Shown here in pieces: positions 9,751 to 23,171 of a DNA stretch of 64,000 nucleotides (position 1 is its first letter; each line of letters starts with the position of its first letter). Source of the DNA: an uncultured Gemmatimonadales bacterium (GTDB lineage: Bacteria > Gemmatimonadota > Gemmatimonadetes > Longimicrobiales > Gaopeijiaceae); the NCBI GenBank assembly GCA_963823035.1, contig CAWGKG010000023.1, forward strand, positions 32,001 to 96,000, read 5' to 3'. A program made the translations under genes and the position numbers. The notes under the pieces were generated by a model that searched no databases, was not told the DNA's origin, and saw only the letters and a list, made by a program, of their open reading frames with translations.

Positions 9751-12112
9751 CTACCATCCGCCCTGCGCCGTCCGGGCGATGATCTCCTCCTGCAGGTCCC
9801 GCCCGATGTCCACGAAGTAGTCGCTGTAGCCCGCGACCCGTACGAGCAGGTCGCGGTACCGGTCCGGGTGGCGTTGGGCGTCCCGCAGGGTGTCCGTGTC
9901 CACCACGTTGAACTGGATGTGGTGGCCCCCCATGCGGAAGTAGGCGCGCACCAGCGCGGCCAGGCTCTGCACCCCGCTCTCGCCCTCCAGCACCTGCGGG
10001 AGGAAGCGCTGGTTGAGGAGCGTTCCGCCGGTGCGCACCTGGTCCATCTTCCCCAGGGACCGACACACGGCCGTCGGGCCGCACCGGTCGGCACCGTGCG
10101 AGGGCGAGGTACCGTCGGAGACGGGCAGTCCGGCGTGCCGTCCGTCCGGCGTGGCGCCGACCCGGGTACCGAAGTACACGTGGCAGGTCGTGGACAGGAG
10201 GTTGAGGTGGTACTGGCCGCCGCGCGTGTTCGGCCGGCCGTCGAGCGTCCGGAAGAGCGACTCGAAGAGCCGCTGCATGAGGCTGTCCGCGCGGTCGTCG
10301 TCGTTGCCGAAGCGGGGTGTCTTGTTCGAGAGGCGCTGGCGTAGCGGCTCGTCGCCCTCGAAGTCGCGCGCCAGCCCTTCCAGGAGGCGGCCCATGTCCA
10401 CCGTGCCCCCGTCCATCACGTGCGTGGCGAGCGCGGACAGGCTGTCCGTGACGGTGCCGACGCCGCAGCACTGGATGTACGTCGTGTTGTAGCGCGGCCC
10501 ACCGTCGTGGTAGTCGCGGGCCTTCTCGATGCAGTCGCGGATCACCACCGAGAGGAAGGGCGCCGGGTAGTCGCGGGCGAAGAGCGTCTCGATGGTGTGG
10601 TTCACCTCGACCTTCACGTCCACGAAATGACGCAGGCGCGCCTCGAAGGCCTCGTACAGGTCCTCGAAGGACACCCACGCGCGTGGGTCGCCGAGCGAGG
10701 GCGCGAGCCGAATGCCGGACGCCGGGTCGACACCGTCGTGAAGCGTCACCTCGAGGATCTTGGGCACGTTCAGGTAGCCGGTGAGGAGGTACGCCTCCTT
10801 GCCGAACGAGCCGGTCTCGATGCACCCGCTCGTCCCACCTTCACGCGCGTCCTCGAGCGACTTCCCCGCCCGCACCTGTTCCGCCACGACCGTATCCGCG
10901 CTGAAGAACGACGGATACCCGAAGCCCCGCCGCGCGACCTTGCACGCGGCCTCCAGGAAGCGGTCCGGCGTCTTCGTGCTCACCTGGATGTTGCTCTGCG
11001 GCTGGAGGAGGTGCACCTCCTCGACGACCTCGAGGAGGAGATAGGAGAGGTCGCTGACGGCGTCCTCTCCCTCCCGCGTCAGCCCGCCCAGGTTGATGTT
11101 CGTGAAGTCGTTGTAGGTGCCGCTCTCCTTGGCGGTCACCCCGACCTTCGGCGGCGCCGGCTGGTTGTTGAACTTGATCCAAAGGCAGCTCAACAGCTCC
11201 TTGGCCTGCTCGCGCGTGAGGCTGCCGTCCCGAACCTCCCGTTCGTAGAAGGGCCGCAGGTGCTGGTCCAGGTGGCCGGGGTTCATCGCGTCCCACCCGT
11301 TCAGCTCCATCACCGTGCCCAGATGCACGAACCAGTACATCTGCAAGGCCTCGTGGAACGTCCGCGGCGCATAGGCCGGCACCCAACGGCAGGTGCGCGC
11401 GATGTCGAGCAGCTCGCTTCGACGGTCGGGATCGGGCTCCTTGCGCAGCCATCGCCTCCGCGGCCTCGGCGTGCCGCTCCGCGAAGCGGACGATCGCGTT
11501 ACACGCGATCTCCATCCCGCGCAGCTGCGCCTCCTGGCGGCGCGTGGCCTCGTCGTCCGCGGATCCGAGGCGGGCGCGGCGGGCCTGGATCTCGGCACGG
11601 TAGTCCAGCATCCCCTTCCCGTAGATCTCGCCGTCCAGCGCGGTGTGCCCGGGCGCGCGCTGCTCCATGAACTCGGTGAACACGCCGGCCTCGTAGGCCA
11701 CGCGCCAGCGCTCGGGGATGTCGACGAAGAGGCGGTCGCGCATGGAGCGCCCCCGCCACCATGGGATGACCTCGCGCTCGTAGACCTCCATGACGTCGGC
11801 GCTCACCCGGTAGCGGGTGTGCTCCCGGTGGTCGAGGGTGTCCAGGTCCTCCAGGGAGTGACAGGTCAGCTCGGGGAAGGTGGGGACGACCTTGGGCGCG
11901 GGCCCCCGCTCTCCGACGATCAGCTCGTCCTCCCCGATGTGCACGGTCTGGCGCGCGCACAGCTCCCGGAAGGCCATGGCGCGCAGCACCGGCGCCGGAT
12001 GCTCACCTTCGTGCTCGCGGTATACACGCGTCACGATGGCGGCGCGCTCCGCGGAGATGCTCGGCTCGGCCTCGAAGCTGCGATCCCTCAGACGCCGCAC
12101 ACGCTCGTTCAC
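9751..12112 (-). CDS. hypD: Glycyl radical enzyme, trans-4-hydroxy-L-proline dehydratase-like; frameshift near 11445
   Basis: RVAGYS glycyl loop; GTSGCIETG (single Cys plus Glu); FTEFMEQRAPGHT, KFNNQPAPPKVG, KESGTYNDF, LTGY, LLSTTCH and TGGTLLNQRF match HypD signatures as I know them. GTG start with GGAGG. Confidence 0.88.
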
Positions 12113-12139
12113 GCTGACGACCTCCCGGAGGGCGATCGA

Positions 12140-13051
12140 TCACCCTCCCACGGTGACGTGAAGACCCCTCGACTCCAGGCGCCGGGCCCAGGTCGTGACC
12201 CGCTCTTCGGGGATCTCCTCGTCTTGTTCGAGGAGCCAGGGGAAACCGAACTTCCGGTGCTTGTCCCTGGCGGACTTGTGGTAGGGCAGCAGGCTCACGC
12301 CGTCGACAGGAGGCAGCGTCTCGAGGAGGGCCGCCGTACGGTCGATGCTCTCGTCGCTGGTCACGCCCGGGATCAGGGGGATCCGGATCCTCACCCGCGC
12401 GCCGAGCGACAGGAGCAGCGCGAGGTTGTCGACGATGGGCTGCAGCGGCACGCCCGTCACGCGCCGATGCACTTCGGGATCCATGACCTTCAGGTCGAAG
12501 AGGAAGAGGTCCGTCTCGCGTGCCACCCGCCGCAGCACGCCCGGCGCCGCGAACCCCGTAGTGTCCACCGCCCGGTGCAGACCGCGTGCGCCGCAGGCGG
12601 TCAGGATTTCGAGGAGGAAGCGCCACTGAAGCAGGGGCTCCCCGCCGGAGAACGTCACGCCCCCGCCCGACTCCTCGTAGTACGGACGGTCCCGCTCGAG
12701 CTGCGCCAGCAGCTCGTCCACGCCCATGTCGTGACCCACCAGTCGGCGCGCTTCCGCCGGGCACGTCTCCGCACACACGCCGCACATACGGCAGGCGTTC
12801 TGGTCGGTGACGACACCGTCCGGGCTCAGCGTGAGTGCTCCCTCCGGGCACGCGACCACGCATTCCCCACAGGCCAGGCAGCGCTCCGGCTCGTAGTGCA
12901 CGAAGGCTTGCTTCCCCCGACTCTCCGGGTTGTGGCACCACAAGCAGGAGAGGGGGCAGCCCTTGAAGAAGACGGTGGTGCGGATGCCAGGCCCGTCGTG
13001 GAGGCTGAACTTCTGGACGTCGAAGACCAGAGCCGTGGACGTGGAGGTCAC
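12140..13051 (-). CDS. Glycyl-radical enzyme activating enzyme (radical SAM with 2x[4Fe-4S] ferredoxin insert)
   Basis: HDGPGIRTTVFFKGCPLSCLWCHNPES; CLACGECVVACP; CRMCGVCAETCP; GGGVTFSGGEP; LLPYH. Confidence 0.95.
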   Translation of the reverse strand: MTSTSTALVFDVQKFSLHDGPGIRTTVFFKGCPLSCLWCHNPESRGKQAFVHYEPERCLACGECVVACPEGALTLSPDGVVTDQNACRMCGVCAETCPAEARRLVGHDMGVDELLAQLERDRPYYEESGGGVTFSGGEPLLQWRFLLEILTACGARGLHRAVDTTGFAAPGVLRRVARETDLFLFDLKVMDPEVHRRVTGVPLQPIVDNLALLLSLGARVRIRIPLIPGVTSDESIDRTAALLETLPPVDGVSLLPYHKSARDKHRKFGFPWLLEQDEEIPEERVTTWARRLESRGLHVTVGG

Positions 13052-13052
13052 A

Positions 13053-13760
13053 TCAGTCGTCCGGCGCGGCGTCGCTCTCCCGAGCGGCGTAGTAGCGGCG
13101 GATGAAGGGCTCCTGCACACGGTAGGACCAGTGGACGTCGCGGAGGAGGTCGGCCGCTTCGGCCACCTTGCCCTCCTCGATGAGGCCGATCAGCGCCGCG
13201 TGCTCCTGCGTGGACACCCGCTCCCACTCGGGAACGAAGCCCTGCAACCGGGGAAAGTCGTAGAGCCGCTGCTTCAGGATGTGGACGTGACGGGCCAGCT
13301 CCGCGTTGTCGGAGAGCGCCAGGTACGTGTCGTGGAAGGCCAGGTTCGCGTCGTAGAAGCGGGCGAAGTCCGACACGTCGAGCGCCCGCTCCATCTCCTC
13401 GTTCAACTCCCGCAGGCGTGCGACCGTCTCCGCCGTCAGGCGGCCGGCGACGCTGCGCAGCACGGTCGACTCGAGCCCGCCGAGCAACTCGTAGATGTCG
13501 CGGATGACGCGGAGGGTGAGCTTGGCGACGCGCACGCCCCTCCGGTTGAGGATCTCCACGAAGCCCTCCGACTCGAGGCGGAGGAGCGCGTCGCGCAGGG
13601 GGGTCCGGCTGATGCCGATCTCCTCGGCGAGCGCGTTGAGGTCGAGGTAGCTCCCCGGGCGCAGGCGGCCCTCGTTCATGTGCGAGCGGAGCCGCTCGTA
13701 GACCTCCTCACGGAGGGATCGGATGGGCGGACGCGCAGTCGTCAAAGCCTGGTCGGGCAT
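13053..13760 (-). CDS. GntR (FadR/FCD) family transcriptional regulator
   Basis: LAEEIGISRTPLRDALLRLESEG HTH; FCD domain ANLAFHD...SDN...EH. First gene of the hypD operon. Confidence 0.93.
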   Translation of the reverse strand: MPDQALTTARPPIRSLREEVYERLRSHMNEGRLRPGSYLDLNALAEEIGISRTPLRDALLRLESEGFVEILNRRGVRVAKLTLRVIRDIYELLGGLESTVLRSVAGRLTAETVARLRELNEEMERALDVSDFARFYDANLAFHDTYLALSDNAELARHVHILKQRLYDFPRLQGFVPEWERVSTQEHAALIGLIEEGKVAEAADLLRDVHWSYRVQEPFIRRYYAARESDAAPDD

Positions 13761-13812
13761 GTCCTCTCTTCCGGACGGTCTCCCTCGCGCCACCCCTCCT
13801 CACCACCCTGGA

Positions 13813-13850
13813 AGGCGACTTCTTTCGAGTCGCCTACTGATATATTAGTA
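13813..13850. promoter_or_regulatory. Operator-like palindrome TACTGATATATTAGTA plus adjacent hairpin in the gntR/S9 divergent region
   Basis: Near-perfect 16-bp palindrome at 13835-13850; stem AGGCGACT/AGTCGCCT at 13813-13835. Confidence 0.6.
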
Positions 13851-13916
13851 TCGGACGGCCTGCCCCACCAACAGCCGCAACGCCGCGGATCTGCTTGCCA
13901 ATTGTAGGGTTGCCCC

Positions 13917-16298
<2,382 letters not shown>

Positions 16299-16323
16299 GC
16301 CGTCCCACCCGAGGCGCCTCGCC

Positions 16324-17389
16324 ATGACGATCGGGCTCGAGAGCGCGGCCTTCGGGGCAACGCCCGACGGTGTGGCCGTGCGCCGGTTCACGATGCGCAA
16401 TCGGCGCGGTGTGACGGTGCGGGCCCTCGACTACGGGGGGATCATCACCTCCCTGGAGACGCCCGACCGCGAGGGGCGCATGGCCGACATCGTGCTCGGC
16501 TTCGACGCGCTCGAGCCGTACCTGACCAGCCGCGCGTATTTCGGGGCGATCATCGGACGCTACGGCAACCGCATCGCGCGCGGCCGCTTCACCCTCGACG
16601 GCGAGCGCTACAGGCTCGCCACGAACAACGGGCCCAACCACCTGCACGGCGGCGTTCGCGGCTTCGACAAGGTCGTATGGGACGCCGAGCCCTTCGAGCG
16701 CGCCACGGAGCGCGGACTCGTGCTACGCTACGTCAGCCCGGACGGCGAGGAGGGCTATCCGGGCACGTTGACGACGACGGTGACCTACACGCTCACCGAC
16801 GACGACGAGCTCATCCTCGACTACCACGCGACCACCGACCGGGCGACGCCGGTGAACCTGACGCACCACAGCTACTTCAACCTGGCCGGCGCCGGCAGCG
16901 GCAACGTGCTCCGTCAGGAGCTGATGATCGCGGCGTCCGCGTTCACGCCGGTCGACGCCGGCCTCATCCCGATCGGGGAGATCCGTCCGGTCGCGGGGAC
17001 ACCCTTCGACTTCCGCACGCCTACGGCGATCGGGGCGACGCATCGACGCGGAGGATCCGCAGATCGCCCTCGCTTCGGGCTACGACCACAACTTCGTGCT
17101 GGATCGCGTGGGCGACGGGCTCGCGCTCGCGGCCCGCCTGACCGACCCGGCGAGCGGACGCACGCTCGAGATCCACACCACGGAGCCGGGGCTGCATCTC
17201 CACTCGGCCGACTTCCTCGCCGAGACCATCCGGGGGAAGGACGGTCGCACCTTCGGGCGGCGCGGAGGGCTCTGCCTCGAGATCCAGCACTTCCCCGACT
17301 CGCCGAACCAGCCGTCGTTCCCCTCGACGATCCTTCGTCCCGGCGAAGTGCTCCGCTCCCGCGCTACCCACCGCTTCGGGACGGCGTGA
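16324..17389 (+). CDS. galM: Aldose 1-epimerase (mutarotase), no signal peptide; frameshift near 17040
   Basis: [47 protein letters not shown]. Confidence 0.9.
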
Positions 17390-19326
17390 AGCGCGCCACC
17401 CACCCGCCGCCCGGCGCGAGCCGCACCTCCCGGCTTCCCCCGCCCCGGACGGTCTCCACCTCGTGCGCGTGGTCGCTGCCGTGGCGGTCCGCGTTGACGC
17501 CGTCGCGGTAGGATTCCATCCGGTAGCTCCCCTCGCCCAGGAAGGAGAGGTCGAGCGTGAGGGTGCGGGGCTGCCAGTCGGTGAGCGCGCCCACCCACCA
17601 GCTGTCTCCCTTCCGTCGGGCGATCGCCACGTAGTCGCCGCTCGCGCCCAGCAGTGGCCGCGTCTCGTCCCACGTGGTGGGCACCGCCACGATGAAGCGC
17701 GTCACCTCGGGCTCGGCGCGGTAGTGCTGCGGGGTTGTCGGCCAGCATCATGATCGGGCTCTCGTAGACCACGTAGAGCGCCATCTGGTGCGCCCGCGTT
17801 CCCTGGCTCATCGGGTGCGAGAACACCGCACGGTGCTCGGCGCGCGCGGCATTGATCATGGCGCCGGGTGTGTAGTCCATCGGTCCGGCGAGCATGCGCG
17901 TGAACGGCAGCGTCACGTCGTGGTCAGGAGTGACGTCCTCGCTCCACTTGTTCCACTCGAGGCCACGCACCCCCTCGCGGCTCAGGACGTTCGGGTACGC
18001 CCGCCGCAGCCCCGCGGGCTTGTATGCGCCGTGGTAGTCGACGAGCAGGTGGCGCTCCGCCGCCTCCCGTGCCAGGCGCCAGTAGAACTGCACCACCGCC
18101 TGGTCGTCACGTTGCATGTAGTCGACCTTCGTGCCGACCACGCCCCAGGAAGCCCAGAGATCCAGCACCTCCTCCATGCGGTCGTCGAGCGGCTTCCACA
18201 GCGCCCACAGGATGATCCCCACGTCGCGGTCGCGGGCGTACCGGACGAGCGCCGGCACGTCCATGCCGGGCACGTTGGTCGTCACGTCGTCCTCGGGCGA
18301 CCACCCCAGGTCGAGGATCACGTATTCGATCCCGTACTCGCTCGCGAAGTCCACGTACTCCTGGTAGGTGCGCTGGTTGACGCCCGCGCGGAAATCCACG
18401 TCGTGGAAGTTCCAGTCGTTCCACCAGTCCCACGCGACCTTCCCCGGTCGGATCCACGAGGGGTCGTCGATCCGCAGCTCCGGGGCGAGCCGGTACACCA
18501 TCTGGTTCTCGAGGAGCGCCCGGTCGTCGGCCGCGATCGCCAGCGCCCGCCAGGGATAGTCCCGCGTCCCGGCGCACCGGGCGATGTAGGGGGCGCGCTC
18601 CGACACGGAGACGTTCTCGACGTCGTCGCGGTTCTCGGCGAGGGCGTAGCCCGGAAAGACACCGCGCACGGCCCGTCCACTCGCTCCCTCGACGTGCATG
18701 CCCGGGTAGTCCTCGAGGTCGGACTCCATCAGCGCGAGGCGGAGCCCGCGCGCGGTCTCCACGACGAGCGGGAGGAGCCCCATCGTGCCCTCGGGAAGGC
18801 TGTCGAGAGGGATCCGCCGGTAGAGCGGCTCCTGGTGCGACATCCAGGTGGAGTCCGCGCCGAACACGGCGGTATCGTTCCCCGCGAAGCGGAACGTCGC
18901 CTCCTCCCCGCGCACCACCACGCTGTCCGCGAAGGCCGTCGCGAACCGGTAGGCGACGCCGTCGTCGTAGGCGCGCACCACCAGGGCCCACCCGCCCTCG
19001 AAGTCCACGCGCAGCTCCTCGAAGCGGTCGGGGACCTCCGCGTTCTTCTCCGGCACGACGGGGCGGAGCATCCGATCCACCGAACGCGGCGTCGTGCCCA
19101 CGACCTCCGCATCCGGACCCAGGACCCTCCCGGAGGCCAAGGTCATCGACAGGGGGGAAGCCTCCAGCACGGTGGTGCCGTCGTGCTCCACCCGCCACGT
19201 CAGCTGGGCGCCGGAGGCGACGCGCACGACCGTCCGGCCGTCCGGCGAGCGCACCTCGTGGGACTGCGCGCTCGCGCCCCCGGCCGCCACCCACAGCAAG
19301 AGGACCCCTGCGGCGATCGTCCGCAT
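17364..19326 (-). CDS. Glycoside hydrolase family 97 (retaining-type motif); frameshift near 17725
   Basis: Signal peptide; [72 protein letters not shown]. Confidence 0.92.
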
Positions 19327-19344
19327 CGTGCCACTCCGGGAAGT

Positions 19345-19356
19345 CGAACCGGTTTT
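19345..19356. promoter_or_regulatory. Candidate LacI-type operator upstream of GH97
   Basis: CGAACCGGTTTT, a degenerate match to TGAACCGGTTCA. Confidence 0.4.
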
Positions 19357-19479
19357 CGCTCGCGTGAAGCTATGAGCGCCGGAGCCCCGGCGAATAGAGT
19401 GACGGGTGACGACCGCGCGCGAAGACACCGGCGCGACGGGCGCCGTCGATCCCTCCACGCCCATCCGAGGTGCAGCGAC

Positions 19480-20604
19480 ATGAACGCAGGGCCGAAGGGT
19501 CCGGCGGTCGCTCGGCGACCCGCCCTCGTGGCGGGCGTCTGCGTCCTTCTCGTCCTGGGCGGAGCGCGCGAGCCTGTCTGCGCGCAGGTGGACGCCGCGG
19601 GAGATCTCACCCCGGTCTCGCCGCTGAAGGGCAGGCTCCTGCGCGTCCCCGTGCACGGTACGTCGCTGGAGGGCAACCTCGAGGGCGACACGCCGGACCG
19701 GCCCGTCTCCGTCTACCTCCCGCCCGGCTACGACGCGTCACCCGAGCGCCGCTACCCGGTGACCTACTTCCTGCACGGCTTCACCGACTCCGACCTCAAT
19801 TGGTTCGGATGGCGCGAGCACTTCGTCAACGTGCCCGCGGCGTACGAGCGGGCGCTCGCGGCGGGAACGGTCCGGGAGATGATCCTGGTCATGCCGAACG
19901 CCTACACGGCGTACGCCGGCAGCATGTATTCCAGCTCCGTCACCACCGGCGACTGGGAACGCTACGTCGCGGAGGAGCTGGTCGCGTACATCGACGCACA
20001 CTACCGGACGATCCCCCGGCGGGAGAGCCGGGGCCTCGTAGGACACTCGATGGGCGGCTACGGTGCGATCCGTATCGGCATGAAGCGATCCGACGTCTTC
20101 GCGAACCTGTACGTGATGAGCCCCTGCTGCATGGATCCCGCATGGACATGGGTGGCCAGGGCATGGCGGGAGTGGAGGCCATCAAGACCCCCGACCAGGT
20201 GGCCGGGGCACCTTTCGGCGTCAAGGCCACCTTCGCCTCCGCGGCGGCGTGGTCACCGAATCCCGGGAAGCCGCCCCTCTACCTGGACCTGCCGGTCGAG
20301 GGCGGGAAGGCCCGGCCGGACGTGCTGGCGCGCTGGGTCGCGAACGCGCCGATCGCGACCGTGCACCAGTTCGTGCCGGAGCTCCGGCGCTACCATGCCA
20401 TCGCCATGGACGCAGGCGCCCAGGATCGGGGGATCGCCGCGGCGACGCAGGAGCTGAGCCGCATCCTCACGACGTACGGAATCGGGCACACGGTCGAGAT
20501 CTACGACCCGGGCGATCACATCAACCGGGTCGACGAGCGCGTCGAGGAGCACGCCTCCCATTCTTCTCGACCAACCTGGCGTTCCCGGCGCCTCGGGGCG
20601 GTGA
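19480..20604 (+). CDS. Secreted alpha/beta-hydrolase esterase (CE1/Fes-like); frameshifts near 20140 and 20552
   Basis: Signal peptide; [37 protein letters not shown]. The 3' end is approximate. Confidence 0.8.
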
Positions 20605-21840
20605 GGGGGGGGCGGTCGACGCACCGACGACCGCACGACGGCCGCGGACCCTGGTCCTCGCGGCGGCCCTCCTGTGCTGCGGCGGCGTGACGGGGTGCTC
20701 CGGGGCGCGCGCGGGAGACGGGGAGCTGCGGGCGATGATCGACGGCTCACTCGAGGAGGCGGTGCGCCAGTACCGGGCGCTCGACGACGCCCTGCCGGAC
20801 ACGCTCCTCCCGCGGAGCCTCCACCCGGACGGCTCTCTCTGGAGCAGCCCCTCCGGATGGTGGACCAGCGGCTTCTTCGCCGGCAGCCTCTGGACCTTGT
20901 ACAACCGCACCGGTGACCCCGACCTGAAGCGCCGCGCGCTCGCCCGGACGCGGGCGGTGGAGCGCGAGAGCCGGAACCCCAGCGACCACGACGTCGGCTT
21001 CAAGGTCTTCACCAGCTTCGGCCACGCTTGGCGGAGCACGGGTGACACCACCTTCGTGCCCGTGCTCCTGACGGCCGCGAACACGCTGGCGAGCCGCTTC
21101 GATCCGCGCGTCGGCGCCCTCCGCTCGTGGGGCGAGCGGAGCGACACCACCGGGCCGTACCTGGTGATCATCGACAACATGATGAACCTCGAGCTGCTCT
21201 TCTGGGCGGCGCGCCACGGGGGCGATCCCTCTCTCTTCGACGTCGCCGTGCGCCACGCCGACAAGACGCTCGAGAACCATTTCCGTGCGGACGGCAGCTC
21301 CTGGCACGTGGTCGAGTACGACCCGCGTTCCGGGGACGTGCTGCGCCGACGCACGCAGCAGGGGCAGGCCGACGGCTCGGCATGGGCAAGGGGGCAGGCG
21401 TGGGGTCTCTACGGCTTCACGATGACCTACCGGGAGACAGGGTACGCGCGCTACCTGGAGCAGGCGAAGAAGATCGCGCGTTACCTGCTTGAAAGCCCCA
21501 CCCTGCCCGCGGACGGCGTGCCCTATTGGGACTTCGACGCGGCCGGCGTCCCGGACGCCCCTCGCGACGCCTCCGCCGCGGCGATCATGGCTTCGGCGCT
21601 CCTCGAGCTGAGCGGGTACGTGCCCGACTCCCTGCGTACGGAGTACCGGGACCGTGCCGAGCGCATCCTGCGCACGCTCAGCGGCCCCGCCTACCGCACG
21701 CGAGGCGACGCGCGCAGAGGGTTCCTTCTCGACCACGGCGTGGGGAACCTCCCGGGCGGCAGCGAGGTGGACGTCCCCCTCGCGTACGCGGACCACTACT
21801 ACCTCGAAGGACTGCTGCGGCTCGATGCGATCCTTCGCGA
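20601..21840 (+). CDS. GH88 unsaturated glucuronyl hydrolase domain, lipoprotein
   Basis: Lipobox VTGC; WTSGFFAG, DHDVGF, VIIDNMMNL, WARGQAW, WDF, RDASAAA, YADHYYLEGL. Start uncertain (GTG 20601 next to a G-run). Confidence 0.88.
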
Positions 21841-23171
21841 ACGGAGGCCTCCCCGACGGTCGTGCCGGTGGGAATCGGGTGGGCGCGCTCGTCCGTGAAC
21901 ACCGTGATCTTCCGGCAGCACGCGTTGGTGACGCACGCGGGCACGCAGTTCGCGGCCTGGTACGACCGCGAGGGAGCCGTGCTGCTCGCGCGCGTCCGCC
22001 GGGGGGACGCGTGGCAGACGCGCCGCCGCGCTTCCGCGGCGACGTTCGAGACGCCCACGACGCGATCAGCCTCGGGGTGGACGGTGCCGGCATCCTGCAC
22101 GTGCTGGGGCGAGCACGGGGACTCGCTCCGCTACGTGCGCGCACGTCGCCGGGCAGCCTGGAGATGTCCGACCCGATCGCGATGACGGGCGAGGACGAGG
22201 CCGAGGTCACCTACCCGCAGTTCCAGGAGCTCGCCGACGGCGACCTCCTCTTCGTGTACCGGGACGGCGTCTCGGGGGACGGTGACGTGATGCTCGACCG
22301 GTGGGCGTGAGCGCCGGGAAGTGGCGCGTGTTGGCGCACCCGCTCGTCGACGGGGAGGGCCGCGCAACGCGTACGTGGAGCCGCTGGTGGTGGACGGACG
22401 CGGCGCGTGGCACCTCGCCTGGACGTGGCGGGAGACGTGGGACGCATCGACGAACCACGACGTTCTCTACGCCTGGTCCCCGGACGAGGGCGCCACCTGG
22501 CTACGGAGCACGGGCGAGGCGTACACGCTCCCGATCACGGAGGCCACCGCCGAGGTGGCCGTGGCCATCCCGCCGGCGCACGACCTCATCAACCAGACGA
22601 CGATGGCGGTCGACGCGCGGACGCCCCACCATCGCTTCGTACTGGCGGCCCGAGGGGAGCGACGCACCGCAGCTCCACGTCGTCTGGCGCGACGCCTCGG
22701 GATGGCGAACCGCCCAGGTCGGCCACCGTACGATGCCGTTCACGCTGGCGGGCGGGGGCACACGCCGCGTTCCCCTCTCCCGTCCGCTCGTCCTGAGCGG
22801 GCGGACGCACCCTCGATGTGGTGTTCCGCGACGCCGAGCGGGGGGGCGGTATCTCGATCGGCACGTCGACCGACCCGGCGCGCACGGACTGGAGCATCCG
22901 CACGCTGTGGGCGCCCTCGGTCGGGCAGTGGGAGCCCCTGCACGACCCCGCGGCCTGGCAGGAGCACCACGCCCTCCATCTCCTGGTACAGCGCGTCGGA
23001 CAGGGGGAGGGCGAGACTCTGGAGGACCTCCCTCCCCAGCCGGTTCAGATCCTCGAGTGGAAGGCCCTGGAGGCCGGCCACAGGCCGAGGGCTGCGCCGT
23101 CAGCGTTCGCTGCCGTCCACCTCCACGGTCGGCCACCCGTGCGCGTCCCAACGGATCTCGCGCACCCGTAG
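21841..23171 (+). CDS. BNR-4 seven-bladed propeller, GH145/PL42-like (L-Rha-alpha-1,4-GlcA rhamnosidase/lyase family); multiple frameshifts; probably fused to GH88
   Basis: Stitched: GWARSSVNTVIFRQHALVTH, DAHDAISLGVDG, VTYPQF, LFVYRDG, RNAY, WTWRETWDASTNHD, DLINQTTM, PFTLAGGGT, FRDAERG, WEP, VGQGEGE. The 3' end is approximate. Confidence 0.75.

Noticed and set aside
9751..12112. Pyruvate formate-lyase or choline TMA-lyase call
   Set aside because: There is no Cys-Cys pair, and the motifs match HypD rather than PFL or CutC.
20249..20620. Esterase-GH88 fusion suggested by the shared reading frame
   Set aside because: GH88 has its own lipoprotein signal, and a GTGA stop/start overlap sits beside G-homopolymers prone to error.
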